From a virus (taxonomy: Duplodnaviria; Caudoviricetes), in IMG/VR virus record IMGVR_UViG_3300047090_000093, positions 1 through 56,251 of that record: a DNA stretch of 56,251 nucleotides; one strand, 5' to 3'. Shown here piece by piece: positions 1 through 8,838 of this stretch (positions are counted from its first letter, which is position 1; every line of letters starts with the position of its first letter). The translations under genes and the position numbers were made by a program. The notes beneath the pieces were generated by a model. That model was not told the DNA's origin and searched no databases. It saw nothing but the letters and a program-made list of their open reading frames with translations.

Positions 1-7
1 TCCTGAG

Positions 8-199
8 ATGGAGCCCTATGATCTGGATCATCCGCATGAAGAGGCGTCTATGGTGGATCGTCTGCGGGCTGTCCTGACCAGCATAAAAACAAATGCCAGG
101 CACAACGCGCCGATAGCTCCGGGGGATATTGCGGAGCTTGAGGCCATCGTGGCGGCGGCCATGCCGGACGTGACCGTTCCGGTGCCTCCCCAGCCCTAA
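8..199 (+). CDS. hypothetical phage protein
   Basis: 63-aa ORF in the same orientation as the structural operon. Confidence 0.5.
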   Translation: MEPYDLDHPHEEASMVDRLRAVLTSIKTNARHNAPIAPGDIAELEAIVAAAMPDVTVPVPPQP

Positions 200-234
200 T
201 CGGCGACCGGCGGGCGGCACCGCCGGAAACCGTT

Positions 235-276
235 GGGCGGCGGCCTTTCGTCCTCCCCTGGGAAGGGCTGCCGCTC
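235..276 (+). ncRNA. intergenic hairpin with CCUCCCC (anti-SD-like) loop
   Basis: GGGCGGCGGCCTT...AAGGGCTGCCGCTC stem around a loop containing TCCTCCCC. Confidence 0.4.
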
Positions 277-307
277 TCAAATTCATCATCATTCATAGGG
301 ATTCATC

Positions 308-853
308 ATGAACGAAGACACGAACGAAGCCCTTGCATTTCCTCCCGAAGAAAAAGTCGATGGTCGCCGCAAGCGCCGAGAGTCCCCCGAGCGGGATTTC
401 GTCGAAATCACCTATGTCGACGAGGAAGGCCCATCGAAAACGAAATGCTGGGGCATCGACTTCAAGCTCAATGTGCCGGTGCAGGTTCCTGTGAATGCGA
501 CGGTGGAGTCATTGACGCGGAAGGAGACCTCCGGTCCGGAGGGCGAAATCCGCTCCCGCGGCGTCCATGGGCGCATTTCCGTGGTCGAGCTTGCCCGCGG
601 CAATTCTGGATTCATGGTCGACGGCGTGCGTGCGGAACGTAGGCTGGGCTCGCAGCGGCTTCCGACCGATGCAGACCAATATCGCGGCTATGCGATGGGC
701 TGGATCAGGGAAACAAACACTATACGCCAGCTCGATCAGCGCTGGGAGGGGGAGGCAAACCTGCGTGAGAAATGCGGGTGCGAGCAGAAGGACGAGAATT
801 ATTTGCGTCCGTTCCTCGATGCGAAGCGGGATCAACTGAAGGAAGCGGCGTAA
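308..853 (+). CDS. hypothetical protein (head module)
   Basis: 181-aa ORF with AGGGA SD, directly upstream of the head-tail adaptor. Confidence 0.75.
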   Translation: MNEDTNEALAFPPEEKVDGRRKRRESPERDFVEITYVDEEGPSKTKCWGIDFKLNVPVQVPVNATVESLTRKETSGPEGEIRSRGVHGRISVVELARGNSGFMVDGVRAERRLGSQRLPTDADQYRGYAMGWIRETNTIRQLDQRWEGEANLREKCGCEQKDENYLRPFLDAKRDQLKEAA

Positions 854-856
854 CTC

Positions 857-1258
857 ATGCCCCCCACTTCCCCTTACCGTACCCAAGCCGATCTCATCAC
901 CGAAACGCTCGCCAATATCGGCGTGCTCTCGGCCGGGCAGCCGATTGACCCGGAAGACTATAATTACGTACAGGAAAAACTCGACGCCATAATGAGAAAA
1001 TTGGCGGGCCTGGAAATCGTCTACATCGCGGACAGCAACACCATCCCCGGCGTGTTCTTTTCCGATCTCGCCGATATCGTGGCGGGAGAAGTTGCAACCA
1101 AGTTCGGAACGACGGGGCAATACCTTACCGATCTCGTCAACAGGGGGCTCGGCGGTGCTGCCGGGACTCCGGTCGGCAGCGGTGCGGCGGCGAAGTCTCT
1201 CAAGCAGATATCCCGCGCTAGGCCCACGCAGGAAGTGTTGCGGGTGGAGTATTTTTGA
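857..1258 (+). CDS. head-tail adaptor / P22 gp4-like protein
   Basis: N-terminus 'DLITETLANIGVLSAGQPIDPED', C-terminal 'VEYF', size and position before the gp10-like gene. Confidence 0.65.
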   Translation: MPPTSPYRTQADLITETLANIGVLSAGQPIDPEDYNYVQEKLDAIMRKLAGLEIVYIADSNTIPGVFFSDLADIVAGEVATKFGTTGQYLTDLVNRGLGGAAGTPVGSGAAAKSLKQISRARPTQEVLRVEYF

Positions 1259-1279
1259 TGAACGTGACTGTATTTTTAG

Positions 1280-1783
1280 ATGGCTGATAGAGCTGATATT
1301 CTATATCGAAGCGGCGTGATTAGCGACAAACAGATGAGCAAAATGCGGCCATCGCCGTCGCAGTCTCAGGTGATGGGTCCGCACAATTTTGATGCGGCGA
1401 TGAAGGCACTAAATCTTAATCCGCAAGAACAAGCGCTGTATCATCGGCATCTATCAAATTTGTGGGGTGCTGGCGGCGTCGATAATTCAGACGGAAGCCG
1501 ATCGTCGCTTTATCAGGCAGTCCAAGAGCATAACGGAATGTTTTACAATATTCCAACGGTGTGGAATGGCAAACGTGAAACCGAACTATACACTCATCCC
1601 GTCACAGGACAGGTGATGGATGTTCCAAACAAGACTGCACTTGATAATGTCGAGCGTACAGGTTGGGACAAATTCCCGTCCTATGCGACGCCAGATGAGG
1701 CCGATCAGCGCTATGAAAATATGCACAAGTTTATGGAGCAGGATACTCATAATTATATGCAATCCAAGGCTCAAGAGCAGTAA
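1280..1783 (+). CDS. hypothetical protein inserted in the head-completion module
   Basis: 167-aa ORF, more AT-rich than its neighbours; N-terminal LYRSGVISDKQMSKM motif. Confidence 0.7.
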   Translation: MADRADILYRSGVISDKQMSKMRPSPSQSQVMGPHNFDAAMKALNLNPQEQALYHRHLSNLWGAGGVDNSDGSRSSLYQAVQEHNGMFYNIPTVWNGKRETELYTHPVTGQVMDVPNKTALDNVERTGWDKFPSYATPDEADQRYENMHKFMEQDTHNYMQSKAQEQ

Positions 1784-1796
1784 GCGCGGGTGACCG

Positions 1797-3554
1797 ATGG
1801 CCGAACCAGGCTCACCCACTCAAATCCCCTGGCCGCTGTCGTCTTTCCCCGGCGCCAATTCGCAGGAGAGCGCGGGCAGGCTCATCAATTGTTCTGCAGA
1901 ACCGCTTGGCGATCCATCGGCCGGGAGATCGTCGGCACCGGCTCCGCAGGTCTGGCGCAGACAGCCAGGCTTTTCTCTGTTCGCGATTACTCCCGAGGTC
2001 GTAGCGTATCGTGGCGGTTTGATTGTCAACAATCTCAGTTTCGAGGTATGGGCAAACGTCTACACGGTCGACGCCAATGGCGGCGTGACGCTGCTGGGCG
2101 CGCTGCCTGGAACGAAGAAAGTCTCGATCGCCCATAATCAACGGCTGCCTTTGCCTGACGTGGTTGCGGTCGATATCGATAATGGGGCCTATCTACTTGC
2201 GGCACCAGGTCCGGTTCCTCCCGAGGGAACGCCCATCGCCCCGACGCCATGGGTTAATCCTGGATGTCCGCAATTTAATTCAGTATGTTTTCAAGATGGG
2301 TATTTTTTTCTTACGGCTGCCGATGGACGTTGTTTTGCTTCGGTATTAAATTCTGTTACCACAATCAACACGATAACCTTCATTACCTGCCAGGCCAAGT
2401 CGGACGTGATACTGCTGCGCGGTATCGCCTTCTCTGGCATGTTGTGGCTGTTCACCACGGGATCATGCGAGATATGGCAGGACGTGGCGGGCGTTGCGCC
2501 TGCGTTCCCTTACGGGCGGCTCTCCGTCATCGAATACGGATTGGTGCAGGCCAATGCCATCGCGGGATGGGAAACCGGATTTTCGGTTCTGATCTGGGTC
2601 GCGCAAGACTTCGGAGTGTATCTCTGTCAGCCTGGTCAGTTCGCACCGACCAAGATTTCACCGCCAGACCTAGATCGCCTGATCGAGGGCCAGGTACGGG
2701 CCGGAAATCTCCTAGAAGCCGGCGTCTACGCCTATGGCGGCAAGAAGTTCTGGGCGCTGTCCTCGCCGGCATGGACATGGGAATTCAATCTTTCGACCAA
2801 CAAGTGGAATGAGCGTTGGTCGCTCTCTGTCGCCACGGGATCGTTCGGCCGCTGGCGTTTTACCTGTGGGCATCCTGCCTTCAACAAGTGGCTCGGCGGC
2901 GATCAGGCGGGCGGCAACCTCCTATGGATCGATGTCACCAACTTTAGCGAGAACGGCGCGGTTTTGCTCTTCAGGATGGAGAGCGGTCCCGTCGCAGACT
3001 TCCCCAATCTGTTGCGCATTGCGCGGGCTGATTTCCAATTCGACAAAGGCGTAGGCATCGCGGTTGCGAATGTTCTCGTGAATGTCTTCGGTGCAGCAGC
3101 GGGAACCGGCGGCCTCGTGCGGCTCACGGTGAGCAATACCGCACGGATGGCTACCAACGATACCGGCATCGTGTCAGGTATCACCGGCACCACGGAAGCC
3201 AATGGCACATGGCCGTTGCGCATCATCGATCAGACGCATGTGGAATTGATAGGGAGCGTGTTCGTCCACGCCTATGTCTCCGGAGGGACGCTGGTCGATG
3301 TGACGAGTCCGCCAAATGAGATCAATCCTGCCGTCGCCATTTCGCTTTCGAAGGATGGCGGCAATCGCTGGGGCAATCCGCTGATCAGATATCTCGGCAA
3401 GCAAGGGCAGACGCAGCGCCCACGGGCGTCCGTCAAGTCAATGGGACTCTCTGGGCCGATGGGATGCCGGTGGCGGATCGATGTCAGCGATCCCGTCTAT
3501 TGCGGATTCCTGGAAGCGACACAGGCGAGCGATGCGCGGGATGTGGGAGCATAG
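1797..3554 (+). CDS. packaged DNA stabilization / tail hub protein (P22 gp10-like) with an inserted small beta domain
   Basis: 585 aa; gp10-like motifs (SVCFQDGYFF, KWNERWS, SLSKDGGNRWGNP); FCCH-like insert 'GIVSGITGTTEANGTWPLRIIDQTHVEL'. Confidence 0.8.
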   Translation: MAEPGSPTQIPWPLSSFPGANSQESAGRLINCSAEPLGDPSAGRSSAPAPQVWRRQPGFSLFAITPEVVAYRGGLIVNNLSFEVWANVYTVDANGGVTLLGALPGTKKVSIAHNQRLPLPDVVAVDIDNGAYLLAAPGPVPPEGTPIAPTPWVNPGCPQFNSVCFQDGYFFLTAADGRCFASVLNSVTTINTITFITCQAKSDVILLRGIAFSGMLWLFTTGSCEIWQDVAGVAPAFPYGRLSVIEYGLVQANAIAGWETGFSVLIWVAQDFGVYLCQPGQFAPTKISPPDLDRLIEGQVRAGNLLEAGVYAYGGKKFWALSSPAWTWEFNLSTNKWNERWSLSVATGSFGRWRFTCGHPAFNKWLGGDQAGGNLLWIDVTNFSENGAVLLFRMESGPVADFPNLLRIARADFQFDKGVGIAVANVLVNVFGAAAGTGGLVRLTVSNTARMATNDTGIVSGITGTTEANGTWPLRIIDQTHVELIGSVFVHAYVSGGTLVDVTSPPNEINPAVAISLSKDGGNRWGNPLIRYLGKQGQTQRPRASVKSMGLSGPMGCRWRIDVSDPVYCGFLEATQASDARDVGA

Positions 3555-3749
3555 GTGATGGACTATACTATAGAGCGAGACGGCGGCGGCACACGACTCC
3601 TTTTGGAGAACGGCGATCGCATCACCATCAAGATTGTGGTGGGTCATATCAAAGAATCTGACAGGGAACTGGACAGTTCGCGTGAGTATAATGTCCAGAC
3701 AGCCATCGCAATGTTTGTTGATGAGTCGGAGATGGTGAAGGAAAAGTAA
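3555..3749 (+). CDS. hypothetical protein
   Basis: 64-aa ORF abutting both neighbours. Confidence 0.55.
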   Translation: MMDYTIERDGGGTRLLLENGDRITIKIVVGHIKESDRELDSSREYNVQTAIAMFVDESEMVKEK

Positions 3750-4000
3750 TGGCCGCCCCTCCCGACACACCATTGCCACAACCAAATTTCGATTGGGTCA
3801 CACACGGAAACAAGCCAACACAGCCATTTGCGCAGTATATGGCGAAGCTCGATGCGTGCGTTAGGGCACTTGCTGGGGGTCTATTCGGCTCACCGACGCA
3901 ATTGATCAATGCGGCGAATGACGGGGCGGCGGCGGTGGCTGGAGTGCGGATCGGTCAGGCATACAGGAACGGGTCAGTGTTAATGATTCGGGTGACATAG
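3749..4000 (+). CDS. small virion-associated hypothetical protein
   Basis: 83 aa ending 'ANDGAAAVAGVRIGQAYRNGSVLMIRVT', a tail-module-type C-terminus. Confidence 0.7.
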   Translation: MAAPPDTPLPQPNFDWVTHGNKPTQPFAQYMAKLDACVRALAGGLFGSPTQLINAANDGAAAVAGVRIGQAYRNGSVLMIRVT

Positions 4001-4062
4001 CGACCATCTTGAATTTGCGCGGTCGATAAATCTTCTGCTTTAAGAAACGCGGAGTACAACTT

Positions 4063-4752
4063 ATGGGTTTGTTCGACGTGTTTTCTACCGGAGCCCAGCG
4101 CGACGCCGCCAACTCCCAGATCGCCGGCATCAATGCGGGCATCGGCGATCTTACCAAATCGTTTGGGCAGGGGCGCGGTGCGCTTCAGACCAATTATGCC
4201 GCCGGCTTGCAGCCGTTCATGCAGGATTATGCACAGGCGATGCGTGGTGGGACGGCCCTCGGTAATGCTTTGGGGCTTAATGGACCGGAGGGAAATGCCG
4301 CGGCCGTTGCCGCGTTCCAGAACAATCCTGGTTATCAATTTCAGAAACAGCAGGGCATGGATGCGATCCTTGCCAATCAGGCCAAGTCCGGACAATTGGC
4401 TTCGGGAAATACCAATCTTGATCTGATGAAATATGGGACTGGTCTGGCAGACCAAAGTTGGGGGCAGTATATCTCAAACTTGCAACCCTACCTAAATCAA
4501 GAGAATCAGGCTGCGAGCGGGATCGGCGGGCTTTATTCGGGGCTCGGAAACCAACTCAATCAGAATTACGTTGGCCAAGGCAACGCCCAGTATGGTGCGG
4601 ATACCTCGATCGGCAATGCGAATGCCAACGCCGATCTCGCGCGCCTGACAGCATCCCAAGCGGGACTTGGGGCGATAGCTGGGGGACTTAACCTTGGTTC
4701 TAACCTGTTTGGAAACTTCATGAAGGCGGCACCGGCCGCTGCTGCGGCATAG
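4063..4752 (+). CDS. DNA transfer/ejection protein (P22 gp7-like)
   Basis: G/A/N/Q-rich; 'FQNNPGYQFQKQQG...LASGNT' motif; position after the gp10-like gene. Confidence 0.75.
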   Translation: MGLFDVFSTGAQRDAANSQIAGINAGIGDLTKSFGQGRGALQTNYAAGLQPFMQDYAQAMRGGTALGNALGLNGPEGNAAAVAAFQNNPGYQFQKQQGMDAILANQAKSGQLASGNTNLDLMKYGTGLADQSWGQYISNLQPYLNQENQAASGIGGLYSGLGNQLNQNYVGQGNAQYGADTSIGNANANADLARLTASQAGLGAIAGGLNLGSNLFGNFMKAAPAAAAA

Positions 4753-4763
4753 GAGCACAATTC

Positions 4764-5144
4764 ATGCCCGATAATCCCTATATGACGGTCGGCGCGCCGA
4801 GCTATGCTGCTCCCTTGATGGACTGGCAGGGCATTGCGAGCAACATCGGCAACAATCTCACACAACGCCCTCAGCAGCCCGGACAACAGCCGGGGCAGGC
4901 CGCAGGCCCGATGAATATCCGACCGCCGGCCCAGATGCAGGGAATGCCTCAGCAACCTGGACAGCCGCCTGGAATGCAGGGCCAGCCCCCTTTCGGACAA
5001 GGATGGGGGCAGCGCTTGCAGCAATGGCTCGCGCAAATGGGCGGCCCTCAACAGCCAAGGCCAGGAATGACTCCTGGTGCCCCGCAGTTCGGAGGCCCGC
5101 AGCCGCCTGTGCCAACGGCACAGGGACCGACTGGGCTCTACTGA
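4764..5144 (+). CDS. P/Q/G-rich low-complexity protein, probable internal virion protein
   Basis: 126 aa with AGGAG SD, located among the ejection genes. Confidence 0.65.
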   Translation: MPDNPYMTVGAPSYAAPLMDWQGIASNIGNNLTQRPQQPGQQPGQAAGPMNIRPPAQMQGMPQQPGQPPGMQGQPPFGQGWGQRLQQWLAQMGGPQQPRPGMTPGAPQFGGPQPPVPTAQGPTGLY

Positions 5145-5156
5145 CGCAGGGCATCC

Positions 5157-7060
5157 ATGTCCGATGTCTCCTATGCCGGCCCATTGAGCCAATGGCTCGC
5201 GCAAGCGCCCCCAGAACCCCCGCCGAGGGTGATGGGCAAGTCGCTGGCAGAACTTCTGGGGCCGTATTTGGGGATCACGAAGCCCGGCGAGGACATCCGC
5301 CAGATGGGCATAGCCCAACCCGACGTGATCGGAAACCGTCCCGACGTGCAGGAAGCCGTCAAATCGGCCGTGGCGTCGGCCTCGGAGCCGTTTGGGCAGT
5401 TGGGGAGGGTGATGATGGGGCAAAGCCAGGAACCGTGGCAGGAACTCGGCGGGGCTATCTTGGGGATGGCTGCGCCTCCGGGGGCAAGAGGGTTGAAGGC
5501 TGGTGCGGAAGCGGTAGAATCGGGAGCAATGGGAACGGCAATCCGCGGATACCATGGCACCAAGTCCGCATTCGACACATTCAATCTGCGCAATGCTGGC
5601 AAGTCCGATCCCGGCCTAGTCGGGAAGGCTGTCTATTTCACACCATCGAAGGAGCAGGCATCCGATTACGCCACATCGCCGCACTATGGGGGTGCGGGCG
5701 ACACACAGCGCGTCATGTCGCTTGCGTCTGATCTCAAAAACCCGTTGATAATTGAAGATGGCCGTTTGCCTGACGGGCGCTCTTTGAGCCGTGATATTCA
5801 TCCGCAAGGGATCACTCGCGCATCTGGTGAGGCATTTAGGCGCGAAATTCAGAAGATGGGGCATGACGGAGTAATCTTCCGAGTTGGCGGCGAAGATACG
5901 CAATATGCGGTATTCGATCCGAAGAAAGTGCGCCCACACCCTTTCGGTGAGGAAGGCGCGACGGCGGGGATGGCGGGGGGAAGGCTTGTGCAGCCGACAG
6001 CCCTAAAAGTTGTCGACGACGGCACCCGCATCAACATCGCTCCCCATGACATGGAAGTCCCCGAATGGGGAAAGAATCTATCCTGGGGCCTCACCGCCTA
6101 TCGCAGCAAGGTCAAGGGCGAAGACGCCATCCATGTCCGGGATGCGCGTCTTCCCCCGGAAATGCAGGGCCAGGGTCACGGCACCGCCATGTACGAGCAT
6201 GCGGCCGGCATCGCGGCCAAGGAAGGCAAGCCGCTACTCTCCGATGGCACCGTGACGCAAGACGCCGCCAACCGCTGGATGGCGCTCAACCGGGCCGGCT
6301 ACAACGTCCAGATGTCACCTGACAAGGTATTCCGGGCAGGGCCGCCGGAAGCCCCACACCTGGGGCGGTTCGAAACGCCGGATGGATCGCCAGTGTTTAG
6401 AGTCGAATCGAAGGGCCGTATCGGTTTCCAGTCTGCTGGAGCCCAACGCGGCGATGCGACAGGCAGCACCGCCCCACGCCTCACCGAAGCCGAAGAAGCC
6501 GCCGCCCGTCAGAGATCGGCGGACTATCAAGCAAAGCTCAAAGAGCGGCTTGCCAACAAGCCTGCTGCCGAGCCCGCCAAACCTGTAGCCGGCGGTGAGC
6601 GAGTTGGATTCAAGTCGTTGGGAACAGAGAAGACCGGCACCCTCTCCGACTTCATCACCGCCTATCACGGATCGCCCCATGACTTTGACCGCTTCGACCT
6701 CTCCAAGATAGGAACCGGAGAGGTAATGCAGAGGCCGCCACCAAGTCCCTCCGCGAAGCCGGCATCCCCGGCATCAAGTATCTGGATCAGGGGTCGCGGG
6801 GCCAGCAGGCGGACTATCACGCGATGAGCGAAGGCGGCAAGTTCTATGCTGCAAACTATGACAAAATAAAACAGTCTGGACCATTCGATACCCGCGAAGA
6901 TGCGTGGAAGTGGATCAATGAGCAAAAGAAAGCTCGCGAGACCCGCAACTACGTTGTTTTCGATGACAAGCTTATCGACATCCTAAAGAAATACGGCATT
7001 GCCGGCATAGGAGCCCTTCCCGCCATGAACGCCTATCACTATCAGGACAAGGGGAATTAA
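5157..7060 (+). pseudogene. polyvalent protein (ART-PolyVal-like + GNAT + second ART-like domain) broken by a frameshifting deletion near 6723
   Basis: YHGT..FDTF..YFTPS..GHDGVI..YAVFDP; GNAT motif QGQGHGTAMY; AYHGSPHDFDRFDLSKIGTGE, then another frame continues SLREAGIPGIKYLDQGSR...RNYVVFDD to the stop at 7060. Confidence 0.7.
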
Positions 7061-7062
7061 AG

Positions 7063-8838
7063 GTGGGCGCATCCGACTACATGGTTGTCCAGCCGCCGAA
7101 CTTTGCGGCGTATGCCAATCCTAATTTCGGATTGGCGCTGGGCCAGCAAATTGCCGATCTCCCCGAAGCCTATATGAAGGGCCGGGAGATGAAGCGCATG
7201 CGCGCCTCCCAGCAGCCCATCATTGATCCCAACACCGGACAGCCGAGCGAAGACCCCAACACGATCGTGAGGCAAAGGCTGGGGCTTGGCGGGGATTATG
7301 CCGAGAAGATGCTGCCCTTTCTCTATGGCAATAAGTGGATGCAGCAGAATGCAGGGTTACAGCCGCCCTCGATGGAGGGAAACGAGCCCGCGCCAACGCC
7401 TGCGCCTTTCGCGCGTGGAGCGGCGGCGCAACCTGCGCAGGCGTCACAACCGCGATATTCATCTTCAGGTGCCGACAACTCAGGTGATCAAACATTCCTT
7501 GCCAATGTCGCCACCAAGGTGTTCGGCGAGCGCGATGTCTCCCCGTTGATTGGACGTTATGCCAAAGCGCTTGGCATCGATCCGTCCGATTCATTGACAC
7601 CGGAACAAGAACAGCAAGCCGAAAAATGGATGCGGAATTCGGCTGCAACCATGGGGGCGGCCCCGGCTTCATCTGAAGTATCACGGCCCGCAGAGGCAAT
7701 AAGCGCGGCAGAGGTTGGCAACAATGTCGGCGGCGCTGGACCATCTCTTGCGGGCGGGCCGCCATCGGGAGGGCCGGCGCCAGTTGGCGGTACTGCTCCC
7801 ACTGCGCTTGCACAGGCTGGCGGGGGAAGGGCGAATGTGGACGCGGCGGGAGCGGCTGGCGGTCCCGTAACGGCCTTCACGCAGTGGGATGCGCGGCAAC
7901 GGGCAATGCCACCGGACCAGACAACGGGTCTTCCTCCCGGATACACGGAAAAGACGGCGGCGAGATGGTATAGCCTCGGCGACCAGAAATCCAATATCGC
8001 AAACGGCCTCGCGGTCACCGGCAACAAAGCTCAAGCCGAGCAAGTAAAGTCTCAGGCCGACCATGCTTACGGAATGGCGCAGAAGATTCGCGATGCGATA
8101 AAGGAACGGGCGGCGTTTACGAATGAACAGAAGATTGCTCGCGATCCGGCGATTCCTGAATTCGAGCGCGGCAAAGCCCTCGGCACGGAGATGGGGAAAG
8201 CGCAAGCCGGTGTACTCAAAGAGTATGTTGACGCGGGCCGATCGGCTCAGAAGCGAATTCAAAGTCTCGACACGATCGGTGACGCCTTGAAGCGAGGCGG
8301 CGGAAACATTACCACTGGACCATTCGCAGAGCACACTTTGCATGCAAAGCAAGCGCTTTCGTCTCTATTCAATATAGATTTTGCTGGGACGCCGGAAGCT
8401 GAAGTAGCGCAAAAGACGGGATTTTCACTTGCAACTCAGGCCGTCAAGGAAATCAGCCAACGTCCGTCACAAATGGAATTTAGGCTGGCGATGCAGAACA
8501 ATCCTGGCCTGCTATTGACCCCAAAAGGGTCATTCATGATGATCGACGTTTTGAAGCAGACCGCACGGCAGGATATTGAATTGGCAAAGCTCGCACAGCG
8601 GCGCGAAAACTGGGATAATTGGCAGGACATCTCCGACAAATATTATAAAGAGCATCCCCTGAAGTCACCGTTTGATCGTTCCAAAAATATCGGAATGGAT
8701 GATCTCAAGGCTATCGGCGGGGATGTGCCGTCACCTACCGCACCGACTCATAAGGCTGCGGACAAGGCGGCCTATGATGCCCTTCCTAAAGGGGCAATCT
8801 TTACCGGACCGGATGGAAAGCAATGGCGGAAGCCTTAG
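7063..8838 (+). CDS. DNA ejection/injection protein
   Basis: 591 aa, Ala/Gly-rich, C-terminal 'YDALPKGAIFTGPDGKQWRKP'; position. Confidence 0.7.
   Translation: MGASDYMVVQPPNFAAYANPNFGLALGQQIADLPEAYMKGREMKRMRASQQPIIDPNTGQPSEDPNTIVRQRLGLGGDYAEKMLPFLYGNKWMQQNAGLQPPSMEGNEPAPTPAPFARGAAAQPAQASQPRYSSSGADNSGDQTFLANVATKVFGERDVSPLIGRYAKALGIDPSDSLTPEQEQQAEKWMRNSAATMGAAPASSEVSRPAEAISAAEVGNNVGGAGPSLAGGPPSGGPAPVGGTAPTALAQAGGGRANVDAAGAAGGPVTAFTQWDARQRAMPPDQTTGLPPGYTEKTAARWYSLGDQKSNIANGLAVTGNKAQAEQVKSQADHAYGMAQKIRDAIKERAAFTNEQKIARDPAIPEFERGKALGTEMGKAQAGVLKEYVDAGRSAQKRIQSLDTIGDALKRGGGNITTGPFAEHTLHAKQALSSLFNIDFAGTPEAEVAQKTGFSLATQAVKEISQRPSQMEFRLAMQNNPGLLLTPKGSFMMIDVLKQTARQDIELAKLAQRRENWDNWQDISDKYYKEHPLKSPFDRSKNIGMDDLKAIGGDVPSPTAPTHKAADKAAYDALPKGAIFTGPDGKQWRKP

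Noticed and set aside
4566-5555. Long antisense ORFs (also 11137-12066, 44870-45589, 52207-53073)
   Set aside because: Shadow ORFs typical of high-GC coding DNA opposite well-supported genes
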